This document shows, one piece after another, positions 48,419-57,573 of a stretch of 64,000 nucleotides of DNA. The notes under the pieces are model-generated. The model was given only the letters and a program-made list of their open reading frames with translations, did not search any database and was not told where the DNA came from. This DNA comes from an uncultured Candidatus Saccharibacteria bacterium. Its GTDB lineage: Bacteria > Patescibacteriota > Minisyncoccia > Phycocordibacterales > EsbW-18. The stretch spans positions 2,905 through 66,904 of the forward strand of contig CAYZIR010000004.1 of the NCBI GenBank assembly GCA_964478705.1, in the 5' to 3' direction. Positions within the stretch are counted from its first letter, which is position 1, and each line of letters begins with the position of its first letter. A program made the position numbers and the translations under genes.

Positions 48419-49432
48419 ATGTCCCGCATCGCTATCAATGGTTTTGGACGCATCGGTCGCGCATTCTTCAAACTCGCACTTAAATATCCTGAACTCGACA
48501 TCGTCGCGGTGAATGACCTCGGCGACCTGCACAATCTTGCATACCTTTTGAAATACGACAGCGCATATGGCAAGAGCGATTTGGATGTTGAAGCTGGGGA
48601 TGGGAAGCTCACCGTGAACGGCAAAGATATCGCAGTCTTCCAGGAAAAAGACCCAAGCGCGCTCCCATGGAAGAAATTGGATGTTGATGTTGTTGTTGAA
48701 TCTTCCGGTTTCTTCACCGATGTTGCTGACGCAAAGAAGCATATTGATGCGGGTGCAAAGAAAGTCGTTATCACCGCTCCTATGAAAGGCGAGGCAGAAG
48801 GAATTGAAAGCGCGACGGTTTTGATGGGTGTGAATGAAGAGAAGCTGAAGACGTGCGACATCACGTCAAACGCATCGTGCACCACGAACGCGGCTTCTCC
48901 GGTGATTCAAGTACTCCATGAAGCAATCGGTATCGAAAAAGCACTCTTAAATACCACACACGGATACACGCAATCACAAAGTTTGCAGGACGGTCCGAAG
49001 AAAGACTGGCGCGAAGGACGCGCAGCGGCAGCGAACATTGTTCCCACATCAACCGGTGCTGCGATTGCAGTAACGAAAGCGATTACGGATCTTGAAGGAA
49101 AGTTCGACGGAATTTCTTTGCGCGTGCCGGTGATTGTGGGCTCGATTGCGGACGTTACCTTTATTGCAAAACGAAATACCACAGCGGATGAAGTGAACGA
49201 CATACTCCGTCGCGCAGCAAAAGACTCTCGCTGGCAGGGAATTCTCAAAGTCACCGAGGAGCCGTTGGTGTCGTCTGACATCGTTGGAGAACTCTATGGA
49301 TCGATTGTTGATACGTCGATGACGCGCGTTGTTGATGGCAACCTTGTGAAGGTGCTTGCGTGGTACGACAACGAGATGGGGTATACCGCGACACTTGTCG
49401 ATCATGTCCGCAAGCTCGCGCAGAATATTTAA
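48419..49432 (+). CDS. gap: type I glyceraldehyde-3-phosphate dehydrogenase
   Basis: MSRIAINGFGRIGR NAD motif, catalytic SNASCTTN. Confidence 0.95.
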   Translation: MSRIAINGFGRIGRAFFKLALKYPELDIVAVNDLGDLHNLAYLLKYDSAYGKSDLDVEAGDGKLTVNGKDIAVFQEKDPSALPWKKLDVDVVVESSGFFTDVADAKKHIDAGAKKVVITAPMKGEAEGIESATVLMGVNEEKLKTCDITSNASCTTNAASPVIQVLHEAIGIEKALLNTTHGYTQSQSLQDGPKKDWREGRAAAANIVPTSTGAAIAVTKAITDLEGKFDGISLRVPVIVGSIADVTFIAKRNTTADEVNDILRRAAKDSRWQGILKVTEEPLVSSDIVGELYGSIVDTSMTRVVDGNLVKVLAWYDNEMGYTATLVDHVRKLAQNI

Positions 49433-49443
49433 TTTCTCATAGT

Positions 49444-50520
49444 ATGGAATTTCAAAAGAGCTTAGCGCAGCGGTTCCTTGAGGGTGTAAGTATTCTCTAT
49501 GTTGGTCTCGGAGTGGTCGGAGGTTCTCTATTGGGTTCGGCGTTTGGCCTATTGATATCAAGAGTGGTTGTTATCATCCCTTCCCACACCATACTATTTC
49601 TAGCCAATTATGATCAGGATGAATATTTGTTTGTTTCTATCATTCTTTTCGCTTTTCTCGCTGTTCTCTTCGGTGTCTTAGCGTGGAGATCTGTGAGAAA
49701 TATAGGCGCCGGCAAAGAAAAGCTGAGCGACTCTTTCTGGCTATTTCTTTTACCACTCGGTTTTGTTATGGCTGTTGGGAATATACTCGCTCCTATTACA
49801 TGGGTGGCACGAGAGGCGTCTCTGAACCCATCAGCAATACTGAGCGGGTTTTCCTTAAGTTGGTATTCTTCGGAAGGGATATTTCTTCCACTCGTGTCTT
49901 TTTTGTGGGCAATTGTCTACTATTTTGTATTCTCTCGCTTCTCAAAGGAAATAAACGTGCGGTATGGAACGGAACCAAAAAGAACAGTGCCGATGCTCTA
50001 CGTGAGAGGTGTTGTACACGGGCTACTCCTCGGTGTATCGATTGTATCTTTCCTTCCAGCTTCTTTACTGCTCGGTGGCGATGGATGGGTTGCAGTAGTC
50101 GCGAATGTTTTCTCTCTGATTCCGTTAGAGACTTCTCAGGGTGCATTATCCGTAGTTGTTGTAACTCTTGTGCAATACGGTGTGGTTGGCGGAGTGCTAC
50201 TCGGTACATATTTTTCGATTTCTCAAAAATATCCCGAAAAGACGTATATCAGAGCATGCCCTTGGATTTTCGGTGTCCTCCTTTTTCTTCTGTTCCTTCC
50301 AAGAATAGCGCTTACTATGTATGATCAGACATACGAGTATCTTACTTCAGAAAAGGCCAATTATTTTTTGGAAGAGTGTCATGCACGTGAAATCCTGAGA
50401 CCAACACAGGAGTGTGCACCTTCTGGTTTTTTCCCATTAGTTGACCCACAATGTCTTGCTAGTATGGAAGTTGTGGGTGCCTGCGTCGACACCCATCACG
50501 AATTACTGAAATTAAAGTAA
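49444..50520 (+). CDS. hypothetical polytopic membrane protein
   Basis: About 9 TM helices; no domain recognised; start at MEFQKS after the gap stop. Confidence 0.5.
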   Translation: MEFQKSLAQRFLEGVSILYVGLGVVGGSLLGSAFGLLISRVVVIIPSHTILFLANYDQDEYLFVSIILFAFLAVLFGVLAWRSVRNIGAGKEKLSDSFWLFLLPLGFVMAVGNILAPITWVAREASLNPSAILSGFSLSWYSSEGIFLPLVSFLWAIVYYFVFSRFSKEINVRYGTEPKRTVPMLYVRGVVHGLLLGVSIVSFLPASLLLGGDGWVAVVANVFSLIPLETSQGALSVVVVTLVQYGVVGGVLLGTYFSISQKYPEKTYIRACPWIFGVLLFLLFLPRIALTMYDQTYEYLTSEKANYFLEECHAREILRPTQECAPSGFFPLVDPQCLASMEVVGACVDTHHELLKLK

Positions 50521-50522
50521 CT

Positions 50523-50966
50523 ATGAAAATCGCACTCGCTGCAGATCACGCAGGGTTCGCTCTGAAGGAAGACTTGAAGAAATTCCTCGAAGCGGAAGGC
50601 CACAGTGTTTTTGATTATGGCGCAGAGAGCTACAGTGAGCTCGATGACTACCCTGATTTTATTGTTCCTGCTGTTCGTGCGGTTGCAAACGACGAAGTTG
50701 AACGCGCAATCGTGATGGGCGCTTCTGGTCAAGGAGAAGCAATGGTCGCGAATCGCATCAATGGGGTTCGGGCAGCGGTTTTTTATGGAGGGGATGAGGA
50801 CATCGTCCGGCTTTCCCGTGAACACAATGACGCAAATACGCTTTCGCTAGGAGCCCGGTTTATCGACTTCGAAGAGGCAAAAGATATCGTCACGCTCTGG
50901 CTCGCGACTGAATTTTCGGGTGACGAGCGTCATATTCGCCGTATCAAAAAACTCGATAGTCATTAG
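50523..50966 (+). CDS. rpiB: ribose-5-phosphate isomerase B
   Basis: MKIALAADHAGFALKE...GASGQGEAMVANR, RpiB/LacAB signature. Confidence 0.9.
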   Translation: MKIALAADHAGFALKEDLKKFLEAEGHSVFDYGAESYSELDDYPDFIVPAVRAVANDEVERAIVMGASGQGEAMVANRINGVRAAVFYGGDEDIVRLSREHNDANTLSLGARFIDFEEAKDIVTLWLATEFSGDERHIRRIKKLDSH

Positions 50967-50989
50967 TGATAAGTCATTAGTCATCAGAA

Positions 50990-51355
50990 ATGAACGGAGG
51001 ATACCAAAACCTTATTGTCTGGGAAAAATCAATGGAGCTTGCACAACAGGTGTATCGTTTGACTGAAACATTTCCTACAGCAGAACAATATGGCATTACG
51101 TCACAAATGCGTCGAGCAGCAGTATCAATTCCTTCAAATATTGCAGAAGGTAGTAAGCGAGGCACTATCAAAGATTTTAAAAATTTTCTCCGAACCGCTC
51201 TTGGTTCACTTGCTGAACTCGAAACACAGATCGCTCTCTCCCGTTCATTTGGTTTCGGTAAATCAAGTGCCTATCAGGCTATCGATGGACTTTGTGTTGA
51301 AGTTTCAAAAATGCTTACCGCAATGATTATTAAAGGTCACCTTTCTTGTGACTAA
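50990..51355 (+). CDS. four-helix-bundle protein (TIGR02436; 23S rRNA IVS-protein / Avd-like family)
   Basis: NLIVWEKSMELAQQVYRLTETFP..EQYGITSQMRRAAVSIPSNIAEGSKR..FLRTALGSLAELETQ is the family consensus. Confidence 0.85.
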   Translation: MNGGYQNLIVWEKSMELAQQVYRLTETFPTAEQYGITSQMRRAAVSIPSNIAEGSKRGTIKDFKNFLRTALGSLAELETQIALSRSFGFGKSSAYQAIDGLCVEVSKMLTAMIIKGHLSCD

Positions 51356-51368
51356 AGACTCTAGACTT

Positions 51369-52049
51369 ATGACTATCGAAATTGTTCCCGCGATACTTCC
51401 TGATTCGTTTGAAGATCTTGAAGCAAAGGCTACGAGAGTGAAAGGTCTTGTGCCGCGAATGCAGATAGATATCGCGAACGGTTCATATGCTCCGACACAG
51501 ACATGGCCGTATACAAATGAAGGTCATTTGGCGCGTCTTCTCTCGCAGGATGAGGGGTTGCCGTTCTGGGAAGACCTTTCCTATGAGGTCGACATGTTGA
51601 TTGCGAATCCAGAAGATGTGCTTGACCAGTGGATCGACATCGGTGTTGACGCGGTGATTGTACATATCGAAAGCACCAATGAGTATTCTCTAATTCTGCA
51701 GAAAGCCAGAACACGCGGGGTAGAGGTGGGGTGGGCACTAAAACCCTCAACACCAAATCAGAAACTTTTCGATGTCATTGAGTCTACTGGCGAAATGCCG
51801 GACTTCATACAAGTCATGGGTAATGACACTATTGGTCACTCCGGAGTCGAGCTCGATGAGTCCGTATACCAAAAAATTGGTGGCATTCGCGCAAAATATC
51901 CGGAGATTCCTATCGCTGTTGATATCGGTGTGAATGAAGACACGGCGGAGGCGCTTGTTGATGCTGGGGCGACAAAACTTGTTGCAGGCTCGGCGATCTT
52001 CGACGCCCCAGATGTAACCGAGGCAATTCAGGCTTTCAGCAACCTGTGA
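51369..52049 (+). CDS. rpe: ribulose-phosphate 3-epimerase-like (RPE fold; apparent metal-ligand His substitutions)
   Basis: IVPAILPDSF..., LKPSTP (LNPxTP), VDIGV (VDGGV), AGSAIF motifs; HxDxMD appears as QIDIAN. Confidence 0.65.
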   Translation: MTIEIVPAILPDSFEDLEAKATRVKGLVPRMQIDIANGSYAPTQTWPYTNEGHLARLLSQDEGLPFWEDLSYEVDMLIANPEDVLDQWIDIGVDAVIVHIESTNEYSLILQKARTRGVEVGWALKPSTPNQKLFDVIESTGEMPDFIQVMGNDTIGHSGVELDESVYQKIGGIRAKYPEIPIAVDIGVNEDTAEALVDAGATKLVAGSAIFDAPDVTEAIQAFSNL

Positions 52050-52066
52050 GGTGCTACAATAATTGA

Positions 52067-52927
52067 ATGAATCTTAGTGACGAACAGCTCAAAGCGCTCG
52101 AGCTCAAAGCGAACGACATTCGCATCTCCTTGATTGATATGCTTGAGGACGCAGGGAGCGGGCACACCGCAGGCCCCTTGGACATGGCGGATATCTTCAC
52201 CGCGTTTTATTTTCATATCCTGAAGCACGATCCGAAGAATCCGGCATGGGAAGAACGCGATCGTTTGATTCTCTCAAATGGTCACATTGTTCCTATCCGC
52301 TACGCCACAATGGCGCACGCGGGGTACTTTCCGCTCGAAGAATTGAAAACACTCCGAAAGTTCGGTAGTCGCCTCCAAGGACATCCCGAGCGAGAACGAT
52401 TACCCGGTCTTGAAACAACGTCGGGTCCTCTTGGGTCCGGTCTCTCGCAGGCAGCGGGGTATGCCTATGGCGCTCGGATGGACGGAAAGAAATTTCGCGT
52501 TTACTGCGCAATGTCTGACGGCGAGCTTCAAGCGGGGAACACGTGGGAAGGCGCGATGTTTGCGGGCAATAACAAACTCTCAAACCTGACCGCGGTGATT
52601 GACCGCAACAATATTCAAATTGACGGTATGACGGAAAATGTGATGCCACTTGAACCCCTGGCCGACAAATGGTGCGCATTCAATTGGCACGTGATTGAAG
52701 TAGATGGTCACAACATCCGCGCATTCATCGATGCGGTCGAGGAAGCAAAAGCGATTGTTGAGAAGCCAACGGTGATCATCGCACACACAATCGCGGGAAA
52801 GGGAATTAAAGAGATTGAATATGACTACCACTGGCACGGTAAACCACCGACCAAAGAGGAAGAAGGTAAATTCCTTAAAGAGTTGCGAACACTCAAGGGT
52901 ACGATAGAAGCAAGCCATAATGATTAA
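52067..52927 (+). CDS. tktA: transketolase, N-terminal (TPP-binding) subunit
   Basis: GSGHTAGPLDMADIF...GHPE...DGELQAGNTWEA motifs; split-gene form. Confidence 0.9.
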   Translation: MNLSDEQLKALELKANDIRISLIDMLEDAGSGHTAGPLDMADIFTAFYFHILKHDPKNPAWEERDRLILSNGHIVPIRYATMAHAGYFPLEELKTLRKFGSRLQGHPERERLPGLETTSGPLGSGLSQAAGYAYGARMDGKKFRVYCAMSDGELQAGNTWEGAMFAGNNKLSNLTAVIDRNNIQIDGMTENVMPLEPLADKWCAFNWHVIEVDGHNIRAFIDAVEEAKAIVEKPTVIIAHTIAGKGIKEIEYDYHWHGKPPTKEEEGKFLKELRTLKGTIEASHND

Positions 52928-53909
52928 CAAAAACGCACAACTAAATCCGAAGCTCTTCGACAAGGATGTCGAACAAAAACCGACCCGTGACGGCTTTGGT
53001 ACAGGGCTCGTGGAGGCAGGAAAAGCGGATTCGCGTGTTGTTGCGCTCTGCGCTGACCTCACCGAATCAACCCGCGTCGAATGGTTTCAAAAAGAATTTC
53101 CTGACCGATACATCGAAATTGGTGTCGCAGAACAAAACCTCGCAACCGTTGCATCAGGGCTCGCGAACTACGGCAAAATTCCATTCATCACAAGTTACTC
53201 AACGTTCTCTCCGGGACGAAACAACGAACAGATCAGAACAACGATCGCGATTAACAATGTGCCGGTGAAAATCGTCGGATGTCACGCAGGTATTTCCGTT
53301 GGCCCCGACGGCGCGACGCACCAGGCGCTTGAGGATATCGGATTGATGCGTATGCTTCCACGAATGGTGGTGATTGTCCCTGCGGACAGTGTGGAAGCCC
53401 ACAAAGCAACTCTTGCGGCCGCAAAAACCAATACGCCAGTCTATATTCGTCTCGGCCGTTCGAACACACCGGTAATGACAACAAAAGAAACACCCTTTGA
53501 AATCGGCAAAGCATATCGTGTGTGGGAATCCGCAGAACCAAAAGTCGCCTTGATCGCAACCGGCGCATTACTCCATGAAGCGCTCAAAGCCGCCAAAGTG
53601 CTCGACGAAGAAGGGATTGGAAGTGTTGTCGTGAATCTTCACACTGTGAAGCCGCTTGATCAAGAAACGATTCTTGCCGTTGCGAAGCAGTGTGGTCGTG
53701 TCGTGACAATCGAAGAACATCAAGTCGCAGGTGGAGTGGGAAGTGCTGTTGCAGAGGTTCTTTCAGCGCATCATCCCGTTCCGATGGCGTTTATCGGGGT
53801 TCACGATCAGTTTGGTCAATCAGGAACACCTGCGGAGCTTATCAAGCATTACAAAATGGATGCGGACTCGATTGCTGCAGCGGTAAGGAAGGTAATCAAT
53901 CGACAATAA
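52920..53909 (+). CDS. tktB: transketolase, C-terminal (pyrimidine-binding and C-terminal domain) subunit
   Basis: ...GVAEQN...GATHQALEDIGLMR... motifs; start overlaps the upstream stop (ATGATTAA). Confidence 0.9.
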   Translation: MINKNAQLNPKLFDKDVEQKPTRDGFGTGLVEAGKADSRVVALCADLTESTRVEWFQKEFPDRYIEIGVAEQNLATVASGLANYGKIPFITSYSTFSPGRNNEQIRTTIAINNVPVKIVGCHAGISVGPDGATHQALEDIGLMRMLPRMVVIVPADSVEAHKATLAAAKTNTPVYIRLGRSNTPVMTTKETPFEIGKAYRVWESAEPKVALIATGALLHEALKAAKVLDEEGIGSVVVNLHTVKPLDQETILAVAKQCGRVVTIEEHQVAGGVGSAVAEVLSAHHPVPMAFIGVHDQFGQSGTPAELIKHYKMDADSIAAAVRKVINRQ

Positions 53910-53912
53910 TAT

Positions 53913-54386
53913 ATGAAACTTTTTAAATTTCTTCTCGTTGGTGTGATTGTCGCCGGAGTCTGGGGAATATATGCCTGGTCTATAAGAAAGCATGAAGACG
54001 GCGTAAATCCTTCTTCGCAAATTTCGCAAGAGGAAACACAAGAACTAAAAAACTTGGTTTTTACAAACGTCAAAGCATGGCTAAAGATCGAAAACCCAAC
54101 AGTTGACAATATTGTAACTATTGAAGAAATAAATGCGTCAACTACAGCGGCAAAAGGCAAGTGGATTGATACTAAAGGATATCCTGGAAATGATGACTAC
54201 GGAGTAATTCATTCAGACTGGATTGCTTGGAGAATGGAGGGAGGTGCTTGGGAGGTGGTGCCCGGAGGTTATTATCATTTTGATTGTTCTGACTTAGACA
54301 GAATACCTCCTCGTTTTGACGATTTTTTTCGCGCAGTGATCTATGGACCAACAGGAGAACGAACGTGTACTTATTCTGGAATATAA
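53913..54386 (+). CDS. hypothetical N-terminally membrane-anchored protein (157 aa)
   Basis: TM helix LFKFLLVGVIVAGVWGIYAW; no known domain; lies between tkt and a tkt 3' relic. Confidence 0.45.
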   Translation: MKLFKFLLVGVIVAGVWGIYAWSIRKHEDGVNPSSQISQEETQELKNLVFTNVKAWLKIENPTVDNIVTIEEINASTTAAKGKWIDTKGYPGNDDYGVIHSDWIAWRMEGGAWEVVPGGYYHFDCSDLDRIPPRFDDFFRAVIYGPTGERTCTYSGI

Positions 54387-54431
54387 TATTCCTCACACAC
54401 ACGAGTTATGAATTTTAAAATTGCCTTCTAT

Positions 54432-54491
54432 AAGCACTACAAAATGGATGCGGAGTCGATTGTTGAGGCAAGCAAAAAATTGATCGGATAA
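54432..54491 (+). pseudogene. relic of a transketolase C-subunit 3' end (29/31-nt identity to 53844-53874; in-frame KHYKMDAESIVEASKKLIG*)
   Basis: Direct comparison AAGCATTACAAAATGGATGCGGACTCGATTG versus AAGCACTACAAAATGGATGCGGAGTCGATTG. Confidence 0.6.
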
Positions 54492-54500
54492 TATTCTGAT

Positions 54501-55277
54501 ATGAAAAAGTACATGGGTACAATTGATATACTTCTCCTCTTTCTTCTGCCAGCTCTTGCCGTCTTTTTATCTTTAAAATTCAATCTCAATTTGTTGCTGG
54601 GAACACTTCTGTTTTTTGGAGTCCCAGCGGTATATCTAGGCGTTCGGCGTTCCTACGGATTCAAGAAGGCGCTACTATTCACAAGCCTCTTTTTTGTGCC
54701 ATTTACGCTCATCGTGGATCACATCGGAGTTCTTGATGGGAGTTGGCTTGTTCCACAGACAATCTTCCCATTTCGTTTGTTAGGGACGGTGCCATTGGAA
54801 GATTTTTTCATTTCCTTCACGACAATGATGTTTGTCGTGCTGTTCTATCAGCATTTTCTAGATAGGGAAAGACGTCGTCTCTTCTACCCAAGACTTCACA
54901 CTCTCGTCGTTATTCTCCTTTCGTGTCTGGCCCTTTTTTTCACTGTTTTCCTTTTGTCACCGTCTTCCCTCAGCATTCCCTACGCCTATGTGTATATCGG
55001 TTTCCTGGGCATTGTCCCAACCGCCTGCTTCTTGTATAAGCACCCAAACTTTTTCAAAAAGTTTGCGATAGTGGGTCTATATTTTTTTCTCGTCCTCCTT
55101 TTCTTTGAGCTTGTTGGCATTGAACTCGGGTGGTGGGTATTTCCAGGAACCAACTTTCTTGGGTGGGTGCATATTCTCCAATACAAATTTCCCCTCGAAG
55201 AATTTATTCTATGGATCGGGTTATTCCCTGTCGGTATAGTGACGTATTACGAGTTCTTTGATGATGATGAAAAATAG
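54501..55277 (+). CDS. lycopene-cyclase-domain (CrtYcd-type) membrane protein, two fused repeats
   Basis: Two repeats of about 100 aa, each with the PLE(D/E)FF motif (GTVPLEDFFISF; YKFPLEEFILWIG); 7-8 TM helices. Confidence 0.55.
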   Translation: MKKYMGTIDILLLFLLPALAVFLSLKFNLNLLLGTLLFFGVPAVYLGVRRSYGFKKALLFTSLFFVPFTLIVDHIGVLDGSWLVPQTIFPFRLLGTVPLEDFFISFTTMMFVVLFYQHFLDRERRRLFYPRLHTLVVILLSCLALFFTVFLLSPSSLSIPYAYVYIGFLGIVPTACFLYKHPNFFKKFAIVGLYFFLVLLFFELVGIELGWWVFPGTNFLGWVHILQYKFPLEEFILWIGLFPVGIVTYYEFFDDDEK

Positions 55278-55295
55278 TTGAGGTGAAAATAAAAA

Positions 55296-55318
55296 ACAAA
55301 AAGACCCTGCAACTGCAG
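55296..55318. terminator. bidirectional rho-independent terminator (gaccctgca-actg-cagggtc)
   Basis: A/T runs on both sides between convergent genes. Confidence 0.6.
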
Positions 55319-55322
55319 GGTC

Positions 55323-56105
55323 TTACTCCAACTTCTTCTTGAGCTTCTCGGCATACGCGAACACAATCGCGACATACTTTGGGTCAGGATTGTATCTGAA
55401 TACTGCTCGGCGGGGATTCTTTGCCCAACCTGTTGCATCAAGGTAGTGTGCGATGCTCGCGGTTGCGTCCGCGAGATTCCACATGAGGTCAACCTTGCCA
55501 TCTCCGTCGCCATCAACTGCAAGTCGGAGCGACGCGGGAATGAAATGGGGATAGCCGAATGCTGCAGCACGCGTGCCGAGCACGTTGCACACATCCCACC
55601 CGCTCGTATGCGCCATCTGCATGAACGGCATAATCTCTTCGTTGAAGATCTTCGCCCTCCGTGCGTTGCCGGACTTGCCGTCGACGACCTTCTGATACCT
55701 CTCGAAAAGAGTCCGGATGACGGGTACTCCCGCCCGATTCTCTCCGAAATCCGACTCAATCCGCAGAATCCCAAGGATGATGAAGGGGAGAAGCGGATCA
55801 TCACTGGAGCGCTTCGCTGATGCGCGGATAGTGCTCTCGTTGTAGCGAAAGAACATTTCTCCACGCGCGACAGAGACATCGCTCATCACGTTCGCAGAGA
55901 GTTCTCCCCATGTCCGCAAGACCGGCTGGGCGACTTCTCGGCCTGCGCACATGTCTTGGTGGTTGAAGACATTCGTCACCCAGACCGGATCGAAATGCTT
56001 TGCGAGTTCGGCCGACAAATCCTTCTGTCGCTCCGTCGGCGTATGTGCGCTCAAAGAGTTGGTAAAGAACACGCAAACGATGACTGCGCTCAAAAGCGTT
56101 CGCAT
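55323..56105 (-). CDS. lytic murein transglycosylase (MltB/SLT_2 family), secreted
   Basis: Signal peptide; ...FGYPHFIPASL...DGDGDGKVDLMWNLADATASIAHYL. Confidence 0.7.
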   Translation of the reverse strand: MRTLLSAVIVCVFFTNSLSAHTPTERQKDLSAELAKHFDPVWVTNVFNHQDMCAGREVAQPVLRTWGELSANVMSDVSVARGEMFFRYNESTIRASAKRSSDDPLLPFIILGILRIESDFGENRAGVPVIRTLFERYQKVVDGKSGNARRAKIFNEEIMPFMQMAHTSGWDVCNVLGTRAAAFGYPHFIPASLRLAVDGDGDGKVDLMWNLADATASIAHYLDATGWAKNPRRAVFRYNPDPKYVAIVFAYAEKLKKKLE

Positions 56106-56154
56106 CGATGACTCCTTATGGAAAAGGGTTCAAATCTAGCTCTAAGTATACTCT

Positions 56155-57162
56155 CTATGAGACGATGTCCACCTTGTAATCGGTAGGAGCATCTTTGAGA
56201 TATGTTTCAAGTTTTTCGTGCGAGAGAAGACCTTTTTGTGCACCGATTCCTTGCACTACCGACATTGAGTTCACCGGTCCCCAGGAAAGGGCGGTTTCAA
56301 GGGATTCGCCAAGCGCTAGTGCAACAACAACTGTTGAGGCAAATGCGTCGCCGGCGCCAGTCCGGTCAAGCGGTTTTGCAGGGTCTGGGTACATCGGTGT
56401 TTTCAAAAGTGTGCCATTTTCTCGTTCATACATATATGCGCCGTTTGGTCCATCGGTGAGACAGACAATTTTGGGACCAAGTTCTGAGAGGCCTTTTGCA
56501 AGTTCTTGTACATCGTGCGACTCGCTACCAAGAATGTGCTTCGCCTCGTCTTTGTTGCAGAAAAAGATTTCTGCGCGCGCATAAATGCGCGCGAGCTTCT
56601 CCTTGCCGAGTTTTATCTGAAATGTTCCTGGCTGAAAGGCGAGCTTCACGCTCGGATTTGCTTCGAGGTAGTCTGCAATCAGTTCGTGGAAGGGCTCGGT
56701 GTGATCTCCTAGTGATGAAAGATATATCCAATCGGGAGCGTCGAATGTCGGGAGCTTGTAATCGTATGCCTGGTGATTGATGAGAATAGTTCGTTCGCCT
56801 TCGTAGAGGAGTACAAAGTGGTGGTTGCTGAGTTTGTCTTCGTGTACGCGAATTAGTGACGTGTGAACATTTTCTGCAGAAAGGTGTTCGAGCATTTTTT
56901 CACCGAGATAGTCGTCCCCGATATTTGAGACCAAATAACTCTCAAGTCCTAAACGCTTTGCAGCAACCGCAGCATTTGCAGCATTTCCAACCGCAAACAC
57001 TGTCTCAAGAGATTTGTAGGGTACCTTATCGCCAAAACGCATGGAAATCTCACAGGCCTCAGTATCAATCCTACAGTTCACGTGTGCGTCTTGAAGCGTA
57101 ATGAAATCGTCTGTCACGGTATCGCCGATAGCGATAAAGGTCGGTGTTTTCATGATGTTCAT
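56155..57162 (-). CDS. PfkB-family carbohydrate/nucleoside kinase (ribokinase-like)
   Basis: C-terminal DRTGAGDAFASTVVVALALG signature. Confidence 0.8.
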   Translation of the reverse strand: MNIMKTPTFIAIGDTVTDDFITLQDAHVNCRIDTEACEISMRFGDKVPYKSLETVFAVGNAANAAVAAKRLGLESYLVSNIGDDYLGEKMLEHLSAENVHTSLIRVHEDKLSNHHFVLLYEGERTILINHQAYDYKLPTFDAPDWIYLSSLGDHTEPFHELIADYLEANPSVKLAFQPGTFQIKLGKEKLARIYARAEIFFCNKDEAKHILGSESHDVQELAKGLSELGPKIVCLTDGPNGAYMYERENGTLLKTPMYPDPAKPLDRTGAGDAFASTVVVALALGESLETALSWGPVNSMSVVQGIGAQKGLLSHEKLETYLKDAPTDYKVDIVS

Positions 57163-57221
57163 TCTACCAGACGCAAAGCGAGACCCCGAAGGGTCTCGTA
57201 CTGAAGAGGGAACGAGTGGCT

Positions 57222-57488
57222 CTAGAAGACCAAAGCAAAGAGGTCAGAAGAAAAATGGAAGACTCCCTTGATCTCGACACGCCTGCCATTTTCGTCCACG
57301 AGAGTGAGAGACTGCAACCCCTGCTTCTCGACTTGGTCGGGTGGGTTGTCCGTTACTCTATGGACAACAAGTGTGCCGGGATAGTGACTCCATAGATTAT
57401 TCGGGGCACTATCCCTGAAACGAACCCGATCCCCCACATTGAAGGATTTCTCGCCGTGTTGAACGGCGCCATGACATAGTAGGCACAT
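57222..57488 (-). CDS. hypothetical small protein (88 aa)
   Basis: Only the ORF; upstream of the kinase gene on the same strand. Confidence 0.25.
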   Translation of the reverse strand: MCLLCHGAVQHGEKSFNVGDRVRFRDSAPNNLWSHYPGTLVVHRVTDNPPDQVEKQGLQSLTLVDENGRRVEIKGVFHFSSDLFALVF

Positions 57489-57573
57489 GGTCGTTCTCCT
57501 TGTCCGTTGTCCGCATGGATTTAATCATTGTAATCCACACAAGTCAATGAAATCGAGGTGTTACACTACAAAT

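Noticed and set aside
50990-51355. Diversity-generating retroelement around the Avd-like four-helix-bundle gene
   Set aside because: No reverse transcriptase and no template/variable repeat pair visible in the window.
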